Positions 10,256 through 21,042 of a stretch of 54,565 nt of DNA are shown one piece after another (the first letter of the stretch is position 1; the number at the start of each line of letters is the position of its first letter). A model generated the notes under the pieces. It ran no database searches. It saw only the letters and a program-made list of their open reading frames with translations, and had not been told where the DNA came from. The stretch comes from Prevotella sp. (GTDB lineage: Bacteria; Bacteroidota; Bacteroidia; Bacteroidales; Dysgonomonadaceae): the NCBI GenBank assembly GCA_031285625.1, contig JAITVV010000075.1, positions 1-54,565 of the forward strand, read 5' to 3'. The translations under genes were made by a program, and so were the position numbers.

Positions 10256-11668
10256 ATGAAAAAAATCACATTGCTATTTGGTTTGCTCATTGCTGCTTCT
10301 GGTATTTTTTCGCAAGAGTATAACTATAAATTCCGCTTAACATTAAAGGATAAAGGTAAGACTTCCTATTCAGTAGATAAACCGGAGAAATTCTTAACAT
10401 CAAAGGCTTTAGAAAGAAGACAAAGACAAAATATAAAAATAGATGAAACTGATTTGCCTATTTCTCAGGAGTATATAAATGCAATTGAGGCTATCGGTGG
10501 TAAAGTTGTAGCTAAAAGCAAATGGATGAGTACAGTAGCTGTACATTGTTCTGATAGCATGATGGTAGACAAATTCAAAGAATTACCTTTCGTGTCCGAC
10601 GCCTTGTTTGTATGGAGAGGAAAACCAAAAGGAGAAGCAAAAACAGATAGTATCCGAAAATACCCTGCTGTAGAGACTGTTGTATTCGGAGACTATTATG
10701 CACGCGGCAATAGCAATATAAAATTGAATAACGGCCAATATCTTCACGATGCAGGATATAAGGGAAAAGGTATGACAATTGCCGTGATAGATGCAGGCTT
10801 CAACCATCTGCCTGAAATTGGTATGCTGGATAATCTTGACATAAAAGGATATAAAGGCTTTGTATATGAAAATGAGGACCTGTTTAATAATGCGAATCAA
10901 CATGGTTTGAATGTTCTGTCTTGCATTGGTACAAATAAACCGATGCAATTTGTAGGAACGGCACCCGAAGCAAGTTTCTGGTTACTGGGATCGGAAGATG
11001 CACGCAGTGAATTTCCCATTGAAGAAGATTATTGGGCTACAGCTATCGAATATGCCGATAGTTTAGGTGTCGATGTGGTTAATACCTCATTGGGTTATAA
11101 TAATTTCGATTTTCCGGCAACAAGTTATACACATAAAGATATTGACGGAAAGACTGCCTTAATCTCACGGGCTGCCGGACTTGCCGGCCAGAAAGGAATG
11201 CTTGTGGTAATCAGTGCAGGTAATTCGGGAGACTCGGAATGGGAAAAGATAACCCCTCCGTCCGATGCATTTAATATATTGACTGTGGGAGCTATCCAAC
11301 GCGACTCTACGATAATTTCATTCAGTTCCCGTGGTATGACAGAAGATTTGCGCGTTAAGCCGGATGTAATGACTTTAGGGGCAAACTCTGTTGTTGTAGG
11401 AGATAACGGATTGGTGACATACAAAAGTGGGACATCATTCTCATCGCCTATAATGTGCGGTATGGCTGCTTGCCTGTGGCAGGCATTTCCAACCCTGACC
11501 AATAAGGAGATTATTGATGTGATCCGTGAGTCATCTAACAACTATGAGCATCCTAACAAAGACTATGGCTATGGAATCCCTGATATGAAAAAGGCGATGG
11601 ATATAGCACAGGTGCTAGCTGATAAAAAAGCCATTTCAACGAAAGATTCAAAGAAAAAGAAAAAATGA
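10256..11668 (+). CDS. S8 (subtilisin-like) serine peptidase
   Basis: Signal peptide; catalytic triad VIDAG, HG and GTSFS; oxyanion SAGN. Confidence 0.93.
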   Translation: MKKITLLFGLLIAASGIFSQEYNYKFRLTLKDKGKTSYSVDKPEKFLTSKALERRQRQNIKIDETDLPISQEYINAIEAIGGKVVAKSKWMSTVAVHCSDSMMVDKFKELPFVSDALFVWRGKPKGEAKTDSIRKYPAVETVVFGDYYARGNSNIKLNNGQYLHDAGYKGKGMTIAVIDAGFNHLPEIGMLDNLDIKGYKGFVYENEDLFNNANQHGLNVLSCIGTNKPMQFVGTAPEASFWLLGSEDARSEFPIEEDYWATAIEYADSLGVDVVNTSLGYNNFDFPATSYTHKDIDGKTALISRAAGLAGQKGMLVVISAGNSGDSEWEKITPPSDAFNILTVGAIQRDSTIISFSSRGMTEDLRVKPDVMTLGANSVVVGDNGLVTYKSGTSFSSPIMCGMAACLWQAFPTLTNKEIIDVIRESSNNYEHPNKDYGYGIPDMKKAMDIAQVLADKKAISTKDSKKKKK

Positions 11669-13032
11669 ACAACCAGGCGATCTCCCTTTATGAATTGAAT
11701 AATCTGATAAGAGGGGTTCTGGAAGATACTTTGCCCGAAACATTCTGGATACGGGCAGAAACAAGCGATGTCCACGTAAATCAGAATGGCCATTGTTATC
11801 TCGAATTTATAGAGAAAGACAATAAAGGTAGGACTCTGATAGCAAAGGCGCGCGGTATGATTTGGTCTAATACTTTTTTTATGCTAAAAGCATATTTTGA
11901 AAAGGCTACAAATCAAACATTTGGCTCAGGAATAAAAGTTCTGGTACAGGTTAGTGTTGAGTTTCATGAACTATACGGTTTTAGTCTGACTGTACATGAT
12001 ATCGATCCAAGCTATACACTTGGTGATCAAGCGCTAAACCGGGCTGCAATACTTAAGCAGCTGGAAGAAGAGGGAGTCCTCAATATGAATAAAGAGTTGG
12101 AGTTACCTGTTCCTGTAAGCAGGATTGCGATAATTTCTTCTCCAACAGCTGCCGGATATGAGGATTTTCTGGAACAGCTGAATAACAATGCTTATGGCTT
12201 CGTATTTTATACAAAACTCTTCCCGGCTATTATGCAGGGAGACAGGACTGAAGATTCAATTATATCAGCTCTTGAACGTATATACGAGTATCTCGACTGT
12301 TTTGATGTTGTTGTTATTATACGGGGTGGGGGAGCTACTTCTGATCTGAGCAGTTTCGATTCTTACCTGTTAGCTGCCAGTTGTGCCCAATTCCCATTAC
12401 CAATTATAACCGGAATAGGTCATGAAAGGGATGATACGGTTTTGGATATTGTAGCTCATACACGGGCTAAAACACCCACTGCTGTTGCTGAATTTTTGAT
12501 TAGTAATATGGCTGAGATAGCTCTCGAATTGGATGATACAACACAAAGTATAGTATCTTTAGTGACTCAGAGGTTACAGGAAGAAGCAGTGAGACTGAGT
12601 GTCTTTGAAACGAAAAACTCATTTATACTTAAAAACTGGTATAAAGAACAGAATACAATACTATCTTCGGCAAAGAATGTCCTGAGCAGAAACTTGTTGA
12701 GAACAGATAAAGAAAATAAGAGCAAACTTGCAGTTTTGGAAAGCGTTTTGATAAAAGAATCACAACAAATTATAAAGGATAGCCAGAACCACTTTTCCTC
12801 AATAGAAAATTCTTTAAAGCGAATAACACAACAATCGTTTAAGAACGAAACGATTCGACTTAATGCTTTTGAGAAGCATCTGGCATTAGCCTCTCCCGAA
12901 AATATATTAAAGAAAGGCTATACATTGACTATGAAAGATGGGAAAGTAATAAAGCAAAGTAAGGCTTTGAAGAAAGGTGATGAAGTAGCAATTGTCTTTT
13001 CTGACGGAGAAATCAAATCTATAGTAGAATAA
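11665..13032 (+). CDS. xseA: Exodeoxyribonuclease VII large subunit
   Basis: GHCY OB-fold, IIRGGG, TGIGHERD, TPTAVA and LKKGY motifs. Confidence 0.96.
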   Translation: MNNQAISLYELNNLIRGVLEDTLPETFWIRAETSDVHVNQNGHCYLEFIEKDNKGRTLIAKARGMIWSNTFFMLKAYFEKATNQTFGSGIKVLVQVSVEFHELYGFSLTVHDIDPSYTLGDQALNRAAILKQLEEEGVLNMNKELELPVPVSRIAIISSPTAAGYEDFLEQLNNNAYGFVFYTKLFPAIMQGDRTEDSIISALERIYEYLDCFDVVVIIRGGGATSDLSSFDSYLLAASCAQFPLPIITGIGHERDDTVLDIVAHTRAKTPTAVAEFLISNMAEIALELDDTTQSIVSLVTQRLQEEAVRLSVFETKNSFILKNWYKEQNTILSSAKNVLSRNLLRTDKENKSKLAVLESVLIKESQQIIKDSQNHFSSIENSLKRITQQSFKNETIRLNAFEKHLALASPENILKKGYTLTMKDGKVIKQSKALKKGDEVAIVFSDGEIKSIVE

Positions 13033-13033
13033 C

Positions 13034-14071
13034 ATGAATAAGAAACCATTACCTTATATATTTCCGTTCGACTTTGAAAATGGTGTTGTGCAAATCGCGC
13101 GTCAGTCGGGAATAGGGTTTGCAGACAAAAATGGCAAGATGATTGTTCCCTGCATATACAATACGGCTTATCCTTTTATGGAAGATCTTGCCTATGTAAA
13201 AAAAGGGAAACGTAAAGGGTATATTAATAAACTGGGAGAAGAAGTATTATCTATACCGTATGAGGAAGGAGATTTCTTTTCGGAAGGGCTCGCCTCTGTT
13301 ATGCAAAATGGTAAATGGGGATTCATTGATAAATCCGGTGAATTGGCTATTCCCTGTGTGTATGATGATGTAAATTGGTTTAAAGAAGATCTTTGTGGTG
13401 TTTTTATTGACGATAAAGGAGGATTCATTGATAAGTCCGGTAAATTGGTTATCCCTTGCATATATGACGATGTAATCGTTTTTAGCGAAGGGTTAGCCAT
13501 GGTTTTTAAAGATAATAAATGGGGACTTGTAGATAAAGAAGGAAATATTATAATACCTATCGAATATGAGTCAGTTGGAGACTGTAAGGGAGGATTGGTT
13601 TGCGTAGAGAAAGGGGGACAATGGGGCGTTTTGAATAAAGAAGGGGAAATTGTGGTTCCCTTTACTTATGAGGGTATGTCAAATGAATATTCTGAAGGTA
13701 TGGCCATTGTAATAAAAGATAATAAACGAGGCTGTATAAATACTAATGGTGAAATAGTTATCCCATTTCAGTACGATTCTATGTATAGCTTTTCGGAGGG
13801 GCTTGCAGCTGTATTGCTGAATGGACGATGGGGCTATATTGATAAAGATAATAAACTGGTTATTCCTAATGAATACAAAGAAGCCAGAAGTTTCTACGAT
13901 GGATTAGCTTTTGTGAAAGGTGAGGGAAGACGGGCATATTATATTGACAAAAACAATGAAGTGAATATCTTCCTGAGAAAAGAATATACTGTAGTTGAAA
14001 AAGTGAAATTGATTGTATTGTCAGCAGCGGTTATTGGTATTATAGCGTTACTAATAAGTAAATTATTCTGA
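13034..14071 (+). CDS. WG (KWG) repeat protein with C-terminal TM helix
   Basis: Repeated FSEGLA...KWGFIDK.G.. units of about 35 aa; hydrophobic C-terminus. Confidence 0.92.
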   Translation: MNKKPLPYIFPFDFENGVVQIARQSGIGFADKNGKMIVPCIYNTAYPFMEDLAYVKKGKRKGYINKLGEEVLSIPYEEGDFFSEGLASVMQNGKWGFIDKSGELAIPCVYDDVNWFKEDLCGVFIDDKGGFIDKSGKLVIPCIYDDVIVFSEGLAMVFKDNKWGLVDKEGNIIIPIEYESVGDCKGGLVCVEKGGQWGVLNKEGEIVVPFTYEGMSNEYSEGMAIVIKDNKRGCINTNGEIVIPFQYDSMYSFSEGLAAVLLNGRWGYIDKDNKLVIPNEYKEARSFYDGLAFVKGEGRRAYYIDKNNEVNIFLRKEYTVVEKVKLIVLSAAVIGIIALLISKLF

Positions 14072-14073
14072 TT

Positions 14074-14271
14074 ATGGCAAAGAAAGAACAAACATATGGT
14101 GAGGCGATGCAGGAATTACAAGATATTATGTATCGCATAGAAAATGAAGAATTGGATGTAGACATATTGCTTGACGAGGTAAAAAAAGCTGCTACTCTCA
14201 TTAAGTTCTGTAAAGATAAGCTACAAAAAACCAATGTAGAAATACAAAAGATACTGGATAAGATAGAATGA
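14074..14271 (+). CDS. xseB: Exodeoxyribonuclease VII small subunit
   Basis: TYGEAMQELQDI...IE helical pattern; position downstream of xseA. Confidence 0.93.
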   Translation: MAKKEQTYGEAMQELQDIMYRIENEELDVDILLDEVKKAATLIKFCKDKLQKTNVEIQKILDKIE

Positions 14272-14933
14272 TAAATAATGTAATCATAGTTGCCGGAGGT
14301 AAGGGATTGCGCATGGGCAGCGATCTGCCAAAACAATTTATACCTATTGGGGGAAAGCCTGTTTTGATGCATACTATCGAGGCATTTTATAATTTTGATC
14401 AGGATATAAATATTATTCTGGTTCTCCCTTTATCGCATCAAAACTATTGGCAGGAACTTTGTGAAAAATATAATTTTAAAATAAATCACACGATTGCGAA
14501 TGGCGGACAAACCCGCTTCCATTCAGTAAAGAATGGGTTGAGTATAGTAAAAGAAGGTATTGTAGGAGTACAGGATGGTGTACGTCCTTTTGCCTCAAAG
14601 GAAATGATACAGAGATGTTTTGACGCTACAGAAAAATACCAGGCTGTAATACCTGTAATAGACTCCACTGACAGTCTTCGTGAAATGGTAGACGATGAAA
14701 AGAGTAAGATTGTAGACAGGTCTAAAATTAGATTGGTACAGACCCCTCAGGTTTTTCATTTTGAGACATTAAAGGAAGCTTATCAAACTGATTTTAAGGA
14801 GACTTTTACCGATGATGCTTCTGTTGTTGAGTCAATGGGTATAGGTATTCACTTGGTAAAGGGTGAGGTGACAAATATAAAAATAACCACTCCTCTGGAT
14901 TTAAAGATTGGAGAAGTGATTTGTTTAAAATAG
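14268..14933 (+). CDS. ispD: 2-C-methyl-D-erythritol 4-phosphate cytidylyltransferase
   Basis: AGGKGLRMG..PKQF, DGVRP, QTPQ, TDD and NIKITTP motifs. Confidence 0.96.
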   Translation: MINNVIIVAGGKGLRMGSDLPKQFIPIGGKPVLMHTIEAFYNFDQDINIILVLPLSHQNYWQELCEKYNFKINHTIANGGQTRFHSVKNGLSIVKEGIVGVQDGVRPFASKEMIQRCFDATEKYQAVIPVIDSTDSLREMVDDEKSKIVDRSKIRLVQTPQVFHFETLKEAYQTDFKETFTDDASVVESMGIGIHLVKGEVTNIKITTPLDLKIGEVICLK

Positions 14934-15085
14934 TTGTATGATTTGAGTACAGTAAGCTATGAATGTTGAGTTGTTTGAAGATATCATATTCTTTATACAA
15001 AAAGATGTGAAAAAATATCGGGAATAATTTTATTCTGACTACTTTAGCAGTATCAATTGTATAATATAATAAATTAATAATCCAG

Positions 15086-15280
15086 ATGAACACACTTTTA
15101 TTTTTAGGCAATCTTGGAACCGGAGAAATTATCATCATCGCTATAGTTGTTCTATTACTATTTGGAGGCAAAAAAATACCAGAACTGATGAAAGGAATAG
15201 GTAAGGGTATTAAGAACTTCAAGGATGGCGTGAATGGCCTTGAAGATGATATAAACGGCACGTCTACAGACAACAAATAA
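15086..15280 (+). CDS. tatA: Twin-arginine translocase TatA/TatE
   Basis: TM helix followed by [23 protein letters not shown]. Confidence 0.95.
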   Translation: MNTLLFLGNLGTGEIIIIAIVVLLLFGGKKIPELMKGIGKGIKNFKDGVNGLEDDINGTSTDNK

Positions 15281-15317
15281 TAATATTAAGGGATACAATA
15301 CATTCTAGATATTAGAG

Positions 15318-15354
15318 GAGACCCGGATTAAATAAGTCCGGGTTTCTTTATTTT
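15318..15354 (+). terminator. Intrinsic terminator after tatA
   Basis: GAGACCCGGATT/AAGTCCGGGTTTC stem followed by a T-rich tail. Confidence 0.75.
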
Positions 15355-15390
15355 ATAAACAAAATAATTCTATTCTCTGTTTTAACTGAT

Positions 15391-15813
15391 ATGGATATAT
15401 GTATAGATTTTGACGGAACATGTGTTACACATGAATTCCCTGCAATAGGAAAAGATATAGGTGCAGTGCCTGTTCTTAAAGAACTAGTTGAGACGGGGCA
15501 TCATCTAATCCTTTTTACGATGCGTAGCGACCGTAAGAAGAAAAAGAAAGTAAATGGGGAAGAGATTATAGTTGAAGAAAAGGTGCTTAGTGAAGCTGTT
15601 AAATGGTTCGAAGATAATAATATACCGTTGTATGGTGTTCAAAAAAATCCAACCCAGCGTTTCTGGACATCTTCGCCCAAAGCATACGGACACTTATATA
15701 TAGATGATGCTAACCTGGGCTGTCCTGTAATCTATAATGAAAAAATTTGTGACAGGCCTTATGCCGACTGGCAAAAAATAAGAGAGATACTTGTGGAACG
15801 GGAAATATTATAG
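15391..15813 (+). CDS. HAD-superfamily phosphatase-like protein (BT0820-like)
   Basis: DFDGT motif I, FTMR motif II, K...YIDD motif IV. Confidence 0.8.
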   Translation: MDICIDFDGTCVTHEFPAIGKDIGAVPVLKELVETGHHLILFTMRSDRKKKKKVNGEEIIVEEKVLSEAVKWFEDNNIPLYGVQKNPTQRFWTSSPKAYGHLYIDDANLGCPVIYNEKICDRPYADWQKIREILVEREIL

Positions 15814-15816
15814 CTT

Positions 15817-16767
15817 ATGAAAAAAATATTAATGGGGCATAATTTCAAGCGTGAAGGTTTTGTGAATCTTAGTGATAAATTTGAGATTATTTATCCCGAA
15901 ACAAAAATGTTCTCCAGAGAAGAAGTTTTGGAACGTATTTCTGATATTGATGTATTTGTTCCTAACTTTTCTTTTCAGACAGATGCAGAGATTATAGACA
16001 CCGGAAAGAAGTTGAAGTTGATTGCAAATTTTGGTGTCGGATATAACAATATAGATGTGGAATATGCTGCATCAAAAGGCATAGCTGTTACCAATACACC
16101 CAAAGCAGTATTAGAGCCGACTGCTGAACTTTGTTTTGCTCTGATAATAGCTACAGCCCGTAAGGTTGCTTACTATAATCATAAACTTCATAGTGGAGTA
16201 AGACTTGATTGGGGAATATATGGAGATCTGGGTATGCCTCTGTATGGGCAGACATTAGGTATATATGGTATGGGACGTATAGGACAGGCAGTTGCCCGAA
16301 GAGCAATAGCTTCCGGTATGAAAATTATATATCATAACAGGCATCAACTGCCTAAAGAAATTGAAGAGAAGTATAATGCAGTTTATGTCGATTTTGAAAC
16401 GTTGCTTAAAGAATCGGATATTATCTCACTGAATGCTCCTGCTACAGCAGAAACTTATCATTTGATGGGGGAGGAGCAGTTTTTGAAAATGAAGAAAACG
16501 GCTATTCTGATCAATGCTGCACGAGGACAGTTAGTAGATGATAAAGCCTTGGCCAAAGCATTGCGTGAAGGCGAAATATATGCAGCAGGATTGGACGTTT
16601 TTGAGAAAGAACCTAAAATACTGCCTGAACTACTTGAACTCGATAATGCAATACTTTCTCCACATGCCGGGACAAGTACCTATGCTGCCCGTTTTGACAT
16701 GACATTGGAAGTGACTAAAAATATAATTAACTTCTATGAAGGAGGACAAATAGATAAGGTGAATTAA
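15817..16767 (+). CDS. D-isomer 2-hydroxyacid dehydrogenase (glyoxylate reductase-like)
   Basis: GVGYNNID, GIYGMGRIG, INAARG, LDVFEKEP and SPHAG motifs. Confidence 0.93.
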   Translation: MKKILMGHNFKREGFVNLSDKFEIIYPETKMFSREEVLERISDIDVFVPNFSFQTDAEIIDTGKKLKLIANFGVGYNNIDVEYAASKGIAVTNTPKAVLEPTAELCFALIIATARKVAYYNHKLHSGVRLDWGIYGDLGMPLYGQTLGIYGMGRIGQAVARRAIASGMKIIYHNRHQLPKEIEEKYNAVYVDFETLLKESDIISLNAPATAETYHLMGEEQFLKMKKTAILINAARGQLVDDKALAKALREGEIYAAGLDVFEKEPKILPELLELDNAILSPHAGTSTYAARFDMTLEVTKNIINFYEGGQIDKVN

Positions 16768-17247
16768 TTACAATTCACCTTTCTTTATCTTATCTAATAA
16801 ACCTGCACATGCATCTTCCAACAAATTGAGCACTAGTTCAAAACCTTCTGCTCCCGAATAATATGGATCGGGTATATGGTCGTGACTATATTGTTGAGAG
16901 AAATCCACCATCCGGTATACTTTCTTTTGAAACTCCACATCCGGTGAGAGGCGCAGGATATTGCGATAGTTGTTATCATCCATAGCCAGAATAATATCGA
17001 AGCGGTCATAGTCTTCTTCTATAAACATTCGTGAATAGGAATCAAAGTCATATCCTCTTCGGGCGCCATGTTGGCGCATACGGGGATCGGGCAGCTCTCC
17101 GTTATGGTATCCCGCTGTGCCGGCAGAATCAACAGTAATCTGATTACTCAGTCCCTGATCTTTTGCCATTTTCTTAAAAATACCCTCTGCCGCAGGAGAA
17201 CGACATATATTACCCAGACAAACAAAGAGCACTCTGTATTTTTTCAT
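16768..17247 (-). CDS. Low molecular weight protein-tyrosine phosphatase
   Basis: VCLGNICRS P-loop and DPYY; TAnnTTTG box on the minus strand at 17274-17281. Confidence 0.96.
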   Translation of the reverse strand: MKKYRVLFVCLGNICRSPAAEGIFKKMAKDQGLSNQITVDSAGTAGYHNGELPDPRMRQHGARRGYDFDSYSRMFIEEDYDRFDIILAMDDNNYRNILRLSPDVEFQKKVYRMVDFSQQYSHDHIPDPYYSGAEGFELVLNLLEDACAGLLDKIKKGEL

Positions 17248-17502
17248 AATTCCTCGTATTTATTTAATATGCCCAAAGATAGAACTTTTGTTTTGTATTT
17301 TATCTTCTTTAGATATACCGGGGTCTATATTCAAAAATAGACTATATGGAGAAATCTGATAAATGATGATAAAAAATTCTTAACTTTATCGGCGTGCCTT
17401 GTTTCTTACGCCAATATGTGAATAACTTTTTTGTGTAGGAAACAATTTCGATATGAGTATGTTATTGAATTATGTAGAAACAAATCTTATAACACATACA
17501 TA

Positions 17503-19545
17503 ATGATAAACAATAGAGAACTAAGCTGGTTAACGTTCAATGAAAGAGTATTACAGGAAGCACAGGATAAAAGTGTGCCTCTGATGCAACGGTTGCGTTT
17601 TCTCGGTATTTTCTCTAATAATCAGGATGAATTTATAAAGGTTCGTATTGCCAATATTGTTCGCTTAAGCCAGATAAAAGGGAAGAAAATCCCCCTTTTT
17701 ACCGGAAATTATACAGCTAAGGAATTGCTCCCTCTGATTAACTCTCAGGTATCGGAAGGTCAGAAAAAATTTGTACAAACATACACTGATGTTCTGTCAG
17801 AAATGGAAAGCCATGGTATTTTTGTTATTAATGAGAAGCAACTGAATAAAAAGCAGAAACAATTTTGCCATGAGTATTTTACATCAATAGTGAGCCCGCT
17901 ACTGGTTCCGCTTATTATCCGTAAATCCACTCAGATGCCTTTCTTGAGGGATAACAATATATATCATGCTGTAAAGATGTCTTCGGGAAGTAATAATGCA
18001 GATTCCCGATATGCAATTATACAAATCCCTGTTACTAGCTCATGTCCCCGCTTTGTGGTGCTGCCGTCTGCAAACAACAGAAATGAAATAATCTTTCTGG
18101 ACGATATTATACGCTTTTGTCTGGATGAGATATTTTTTATGTTCAATTATAAAAAAATATCTGCTTATACATTCAAACTGATGCGTGATGCACAGCTTAC
18201 CATTGATGACGATATATCGAAAAGTCTTGTTGAAAAAATGGAGACAGGTTTACAAAACCGTTTACATGGGCAACCGGTACGATTGATTTATGACCGTGAA
18301 ATGCCTGAAGACTTATTAAGTATGATCGCTTCAAAACTCCGGCTGAAAGGTCGTGGTGAACTTGATGCAGGGGGAAGGTATCATCTTATGCGCGATCTGA
18401 TGAAATTCCCGAAAATACGCCCCGATTTGGAGAGTTCCAGTCCTGAGCCATTACAACATCCAGACATAAAGCCCTTTTCCAGCATACTGAAGGTTATTGG
18501 CAGGAAAGATATATTACTCAATTATCCTTATCATACATTTAATCACTTTATTGATTTTCTTCGCGAAGCTGCTATCGATCCCAAAGTTGAGAGTATTTAT
18601 ATCACACTGTATCGTACAGCAGAACGATCAAAGGTTATTAATGCTCTGATCAATGCAGCAAAGAATGGTAAGACAGTTGTTGTATTGATGGAATTATTAG
18701 CACGATTTGATGAGGAACAAAATGTTGAATATTCCGAAATACTACAAAAGGAAGGGGTAAAAGTGATACATGGGGTTGCCGGATTGAAAGTGCATAGTAA
18801 ACTTGTGTTAATACAGCGTAAGAACAAAGATTATGTATATATTGGTACAGGGAACTTCAATGAAACCACTGCCCAGATATATGGAGACTTCGGTCTGTTT
18901 ACTTCCAATCCACAAATTGCTGCTGATGCAGTAACAGTGTTTGATTTTCTGATAAATACTCATAAGCATTTTTTGTGCAAGCAACTGATGGTTTCCCCTT
19001 ACTATATGAGAAACCAGTTTGTAACTTTAATCAAGAAAGAAATTAAGAATGCACAGAGTGGTAAAAGGGCGTATATATTTGCAAAACTCAATAGCCTTAC
19101 AGATGAAGAGATGATAAGGCTACTTTATAAAGCCAGCCAGGCAGGAGTGGAGATCCGGCTTATAGTACGCGGCTCATGCTGTCTACAGCCACAGGTAAAA
19201 AAGCTAAGTGACAACATACGCGTCATAAGTATAGTTGACCGGTATTTGGAGCATGCCCGGATGGCTATTTTTTATAACGGAGGCGACGAAAAAGTTTATA
19301 TCATGAGTGCTGACTGGATGACTCGTAATTTGGACCGTAGGGTTGAAGTCGGCGTACCTGTTTTGGATAAAAAAATAAAGGAAACTTTAAAAGATTTTTT
19401 TGATATACAGTGGGCAGATAATGAGAAGGCCAGAGATCTGACTGTTTTTGGCCGCAATGAGTATGTACCAAAAGGAGAAAACCTGCCTTGTCGTTCTCAA
19501 ACAGCTTTATATGATTTTTACAAAGGAATGATTGATACAAAATGA
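17503..19545 (+). CDS. ppk1: Polyphosphate kinase 1
   Basis: NRELSWL.FN.RVL, LARFDEE, KVHSKL (phospho-His), GTGNFN, RYLEH and SADWMTRNLDRRVE; start taken at ATG 17503. Confidence 0.96.
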   Translation: MINNRELSWLTFNERVLQEAQDKSVPLMQRLRFLGIFSNNQDEFIKVRIANIVRLSQIKGKKIPLFTGNYTAKELLPLINSQVSEGQKKFVQTYTDVLSEMESHGIFVINEKQLNKKQKQFCHEYFTSIVSPLLVPLIIRKSTQMPFLRDNNIYHAVKMSSGSNNADSRYAIIQIPVTSSCPRFVVLPSANNRNEIIFLDDIIRFCLDEIFFMFNYKKISAYTFKLMRDAQLTIDDDISKSLVEKMETGLQNRLHGQPVRLIYDREMPEDLLSMIASKLRLKGRGELDAGGRYHLMRDLMKFPKIRPDLESSSPEPLQHPDIKPFSSILKVIGRKDILLNYPYHTFNHFIDFLREAAIDPKVESIYITLYRTAERSKVINALINAAKNGKTVVVLMELLARFDEEQNVEYSEILQKEGVKVIHGVAGLKVHSKLVLIQRKNKDYVYIGTGNFNETTAQIYGDFGLFTSNPQIAADAVTVFDFLINTHKHFLCKQLMVSPYYMRNQFVTLIKKEIKNAQSGKRAYIFAKLNSLTDEEMIRLLYKASQAGVEIRLIVRGSCCLQPQVKKLSDNIRVISIVDRYLEHARMAIFYNGGDEKVYIMSADWMTRNLDRRVEVGVPVLDKKIKETLKDFFDIQWADNEKARDLTVFGRNEYVPKGENLPCRSQTALYDFYKGMIDTK

Positions 19546-20438
19546 ATACAGATATTTTTGCGGCAATAGATATTGGCTCTAATGCTATTCGTTTGCTTAT
19601 AAACAACATAGAAGAGAGTGACAATGTCCCTGACTTTAAAAAAGTGGCGTATTTGCGCGTTCCTATCCGTTTGGGAGATGATGTGTTTACTAAAGGGAGG
19701 ATAAGTGAGGATAAAAAGTACAGATTGATTCATGCTATGCAAGGTTTTTCACATATAATGAAAGCTTATTGTGTAATGGATTTCCGGGCTTGTGCTACAA
19801 GTGCAATGCGTGATGCCGAGAACGGCAAGGACATTGTGAAAGCGATACGCAATGGTAGTGGAATCAATATTGATATAATAACAGGCCGTGAAGAAGCTGA
19901 AATGATCTATGAAGCCGGCGAGCTGGACAGGCTGATGGATAAAAAGCTTAACTATCTGTATGTTGATGTTGGAGGTGGTAGTACAGAGATTGTAGTATAT
20001 AGTAATCAACAAAAGATTACATCCAACTCATTCCAGTTAGGTACTGTACGTATGCTTGTAGATGCAGTTCAGGAGAAAGAGGAAAAGCGGTTTAAAGCAT
20101 GGCTTAAGGAAATATATGAAGCCCATGGGGCCCTGAATATAATTGCATCGGGAGGTAATATAAACAAAATACATAAGGTGCTTGAAAAGCGTGAACGGGA
20201 ACCGCTTAATTATAGCGAACTGAAAGCTTTTTATGATACTCTCAAAGAGATGAGCTATGAAGAACGGGTACAAAAATTTAAACTGAACACTTATCGAGCG
20301 GATGTTATTGTGCCGGCATTAAAGATATTTTTGACAATTAGTAAGATTTGTAAGGTGAACCAAATCTATGTTCCCAAAATTGGTCTTGCCGATGGTATTA
20401 TTCATCATTTGTATTATGAAAGGAAGATTAAACTTTAA
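19542..20438 (+). CDS. ppx: Exopolyphosphatase (Ppx/GppA family)
   Basis: AIDIGSNA, ATSAMRDA, EEA and DVGGGSTE; overlaps the ppk1 stop. Confidence 0.94.
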   Translation: MNTDIFAAIDIGSNAIRLLINNIEESDNVPDFKKVAYLRVPIRLGDDVFTKGRISEDKKYRLIHAMQGFSHIMKAYCVMDFRACATSAMRDAENGKDIVKAIRNGSGINIDIITGREEAEMIYEAGELDRLMDKKLNYLYVDVGGGSTEIVVYSNQQKITSNSFQLGTVRMLVDAVQEKEEKRFKAWLKEIYEAHGALNIIASGGNINKIHKVLEKREREPLNYSELKAFYDTLKEMSYEERVQKFKLNTYRADVIVPALKIFLTISKICKVNQIYVPKIGLADGIIHHLYYERKIKL

Positions 20439-20818
20439 ATGTCTAATACAAATGATGTTATTTCTATAAATTTTCCATAGCTTGTTAAAGACCTGTCTTT
20501 ATATATGATTTGTCCAGACATTATAGCTCCGTTTCTGTCAAAATATTCCTTGTCTTCTATTATAAAATCTGCTCGGGGAATTATTAATAAAGAAGCTAGG
20601 GCATCATAAGGTAATAGTACCTCCTTAGACCAATCTTTATTTGTAGATAGGATTACATAATCTTTAGAGTCTTTGTAAGCTATAAATACAGGGTGTATAT
20701 TTTCCGATAAGAAAGTGAGCTTGTAAGTAATATGGAAGAGTTTTTCTTCTTTTCTTGTGCAAGCAGAGAAAGTGAAGGTTATTATCAGTATAATTAAGGT
20801 TTTGCATACTGCTTTCAT
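20435..20818 (-). CDS. Hypothetical lipoprotein
   Basis: Signal peptide with lipobox FSAC. Confidence 0.7.
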   Translation of the reverse strand: MKAVCKTLIILIITFTFSACTRKEEKLFHITYKLTFLSENIHPVFIAYKDSKDYVILSTNKDWSKEVLLPYDALASLLIIPRADFIIEDKEYFDRNGAIMSGQIIYKDRSLTSYGKFIEITSFVLDI

Positions 20819-20831
20819 CTATTTTTTCTTA

Positions 20832-21017
20832 TTATGGATTTCCCCATTTTTTTATTGCAACGAATTTAATTCTTTCATAAGTAGAACCTTTTCCAGCCTT
20901 TAAAGCATTCGTAACAGTATTGATATGGATACCTAAAGTATTTGCTACTTCTTTTTTCCATCCGTGTGGTAAAAAGTCTGGTAGGCTTGTTTTTTTTACG
21001 ATTACCGTTTTCGCCAT
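20832..21017 (-). CDS. Small Cro-like HTH protein
   Basis: KKEVANTLGIHINTVTNAL helix-turn-helix; divergent from a CI-like gene; ATG at 21017. Confidence 0.7.
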   Translation of the reverse strand: MAKTVIVKKTSLPDFLPHGWKKEVANTLGIHINTVTNALKAGKGSTYERIKFVAIKKWGNP

Positions 21018-21042
21018 AGATTTCAATTTAAAAAATTTATAT

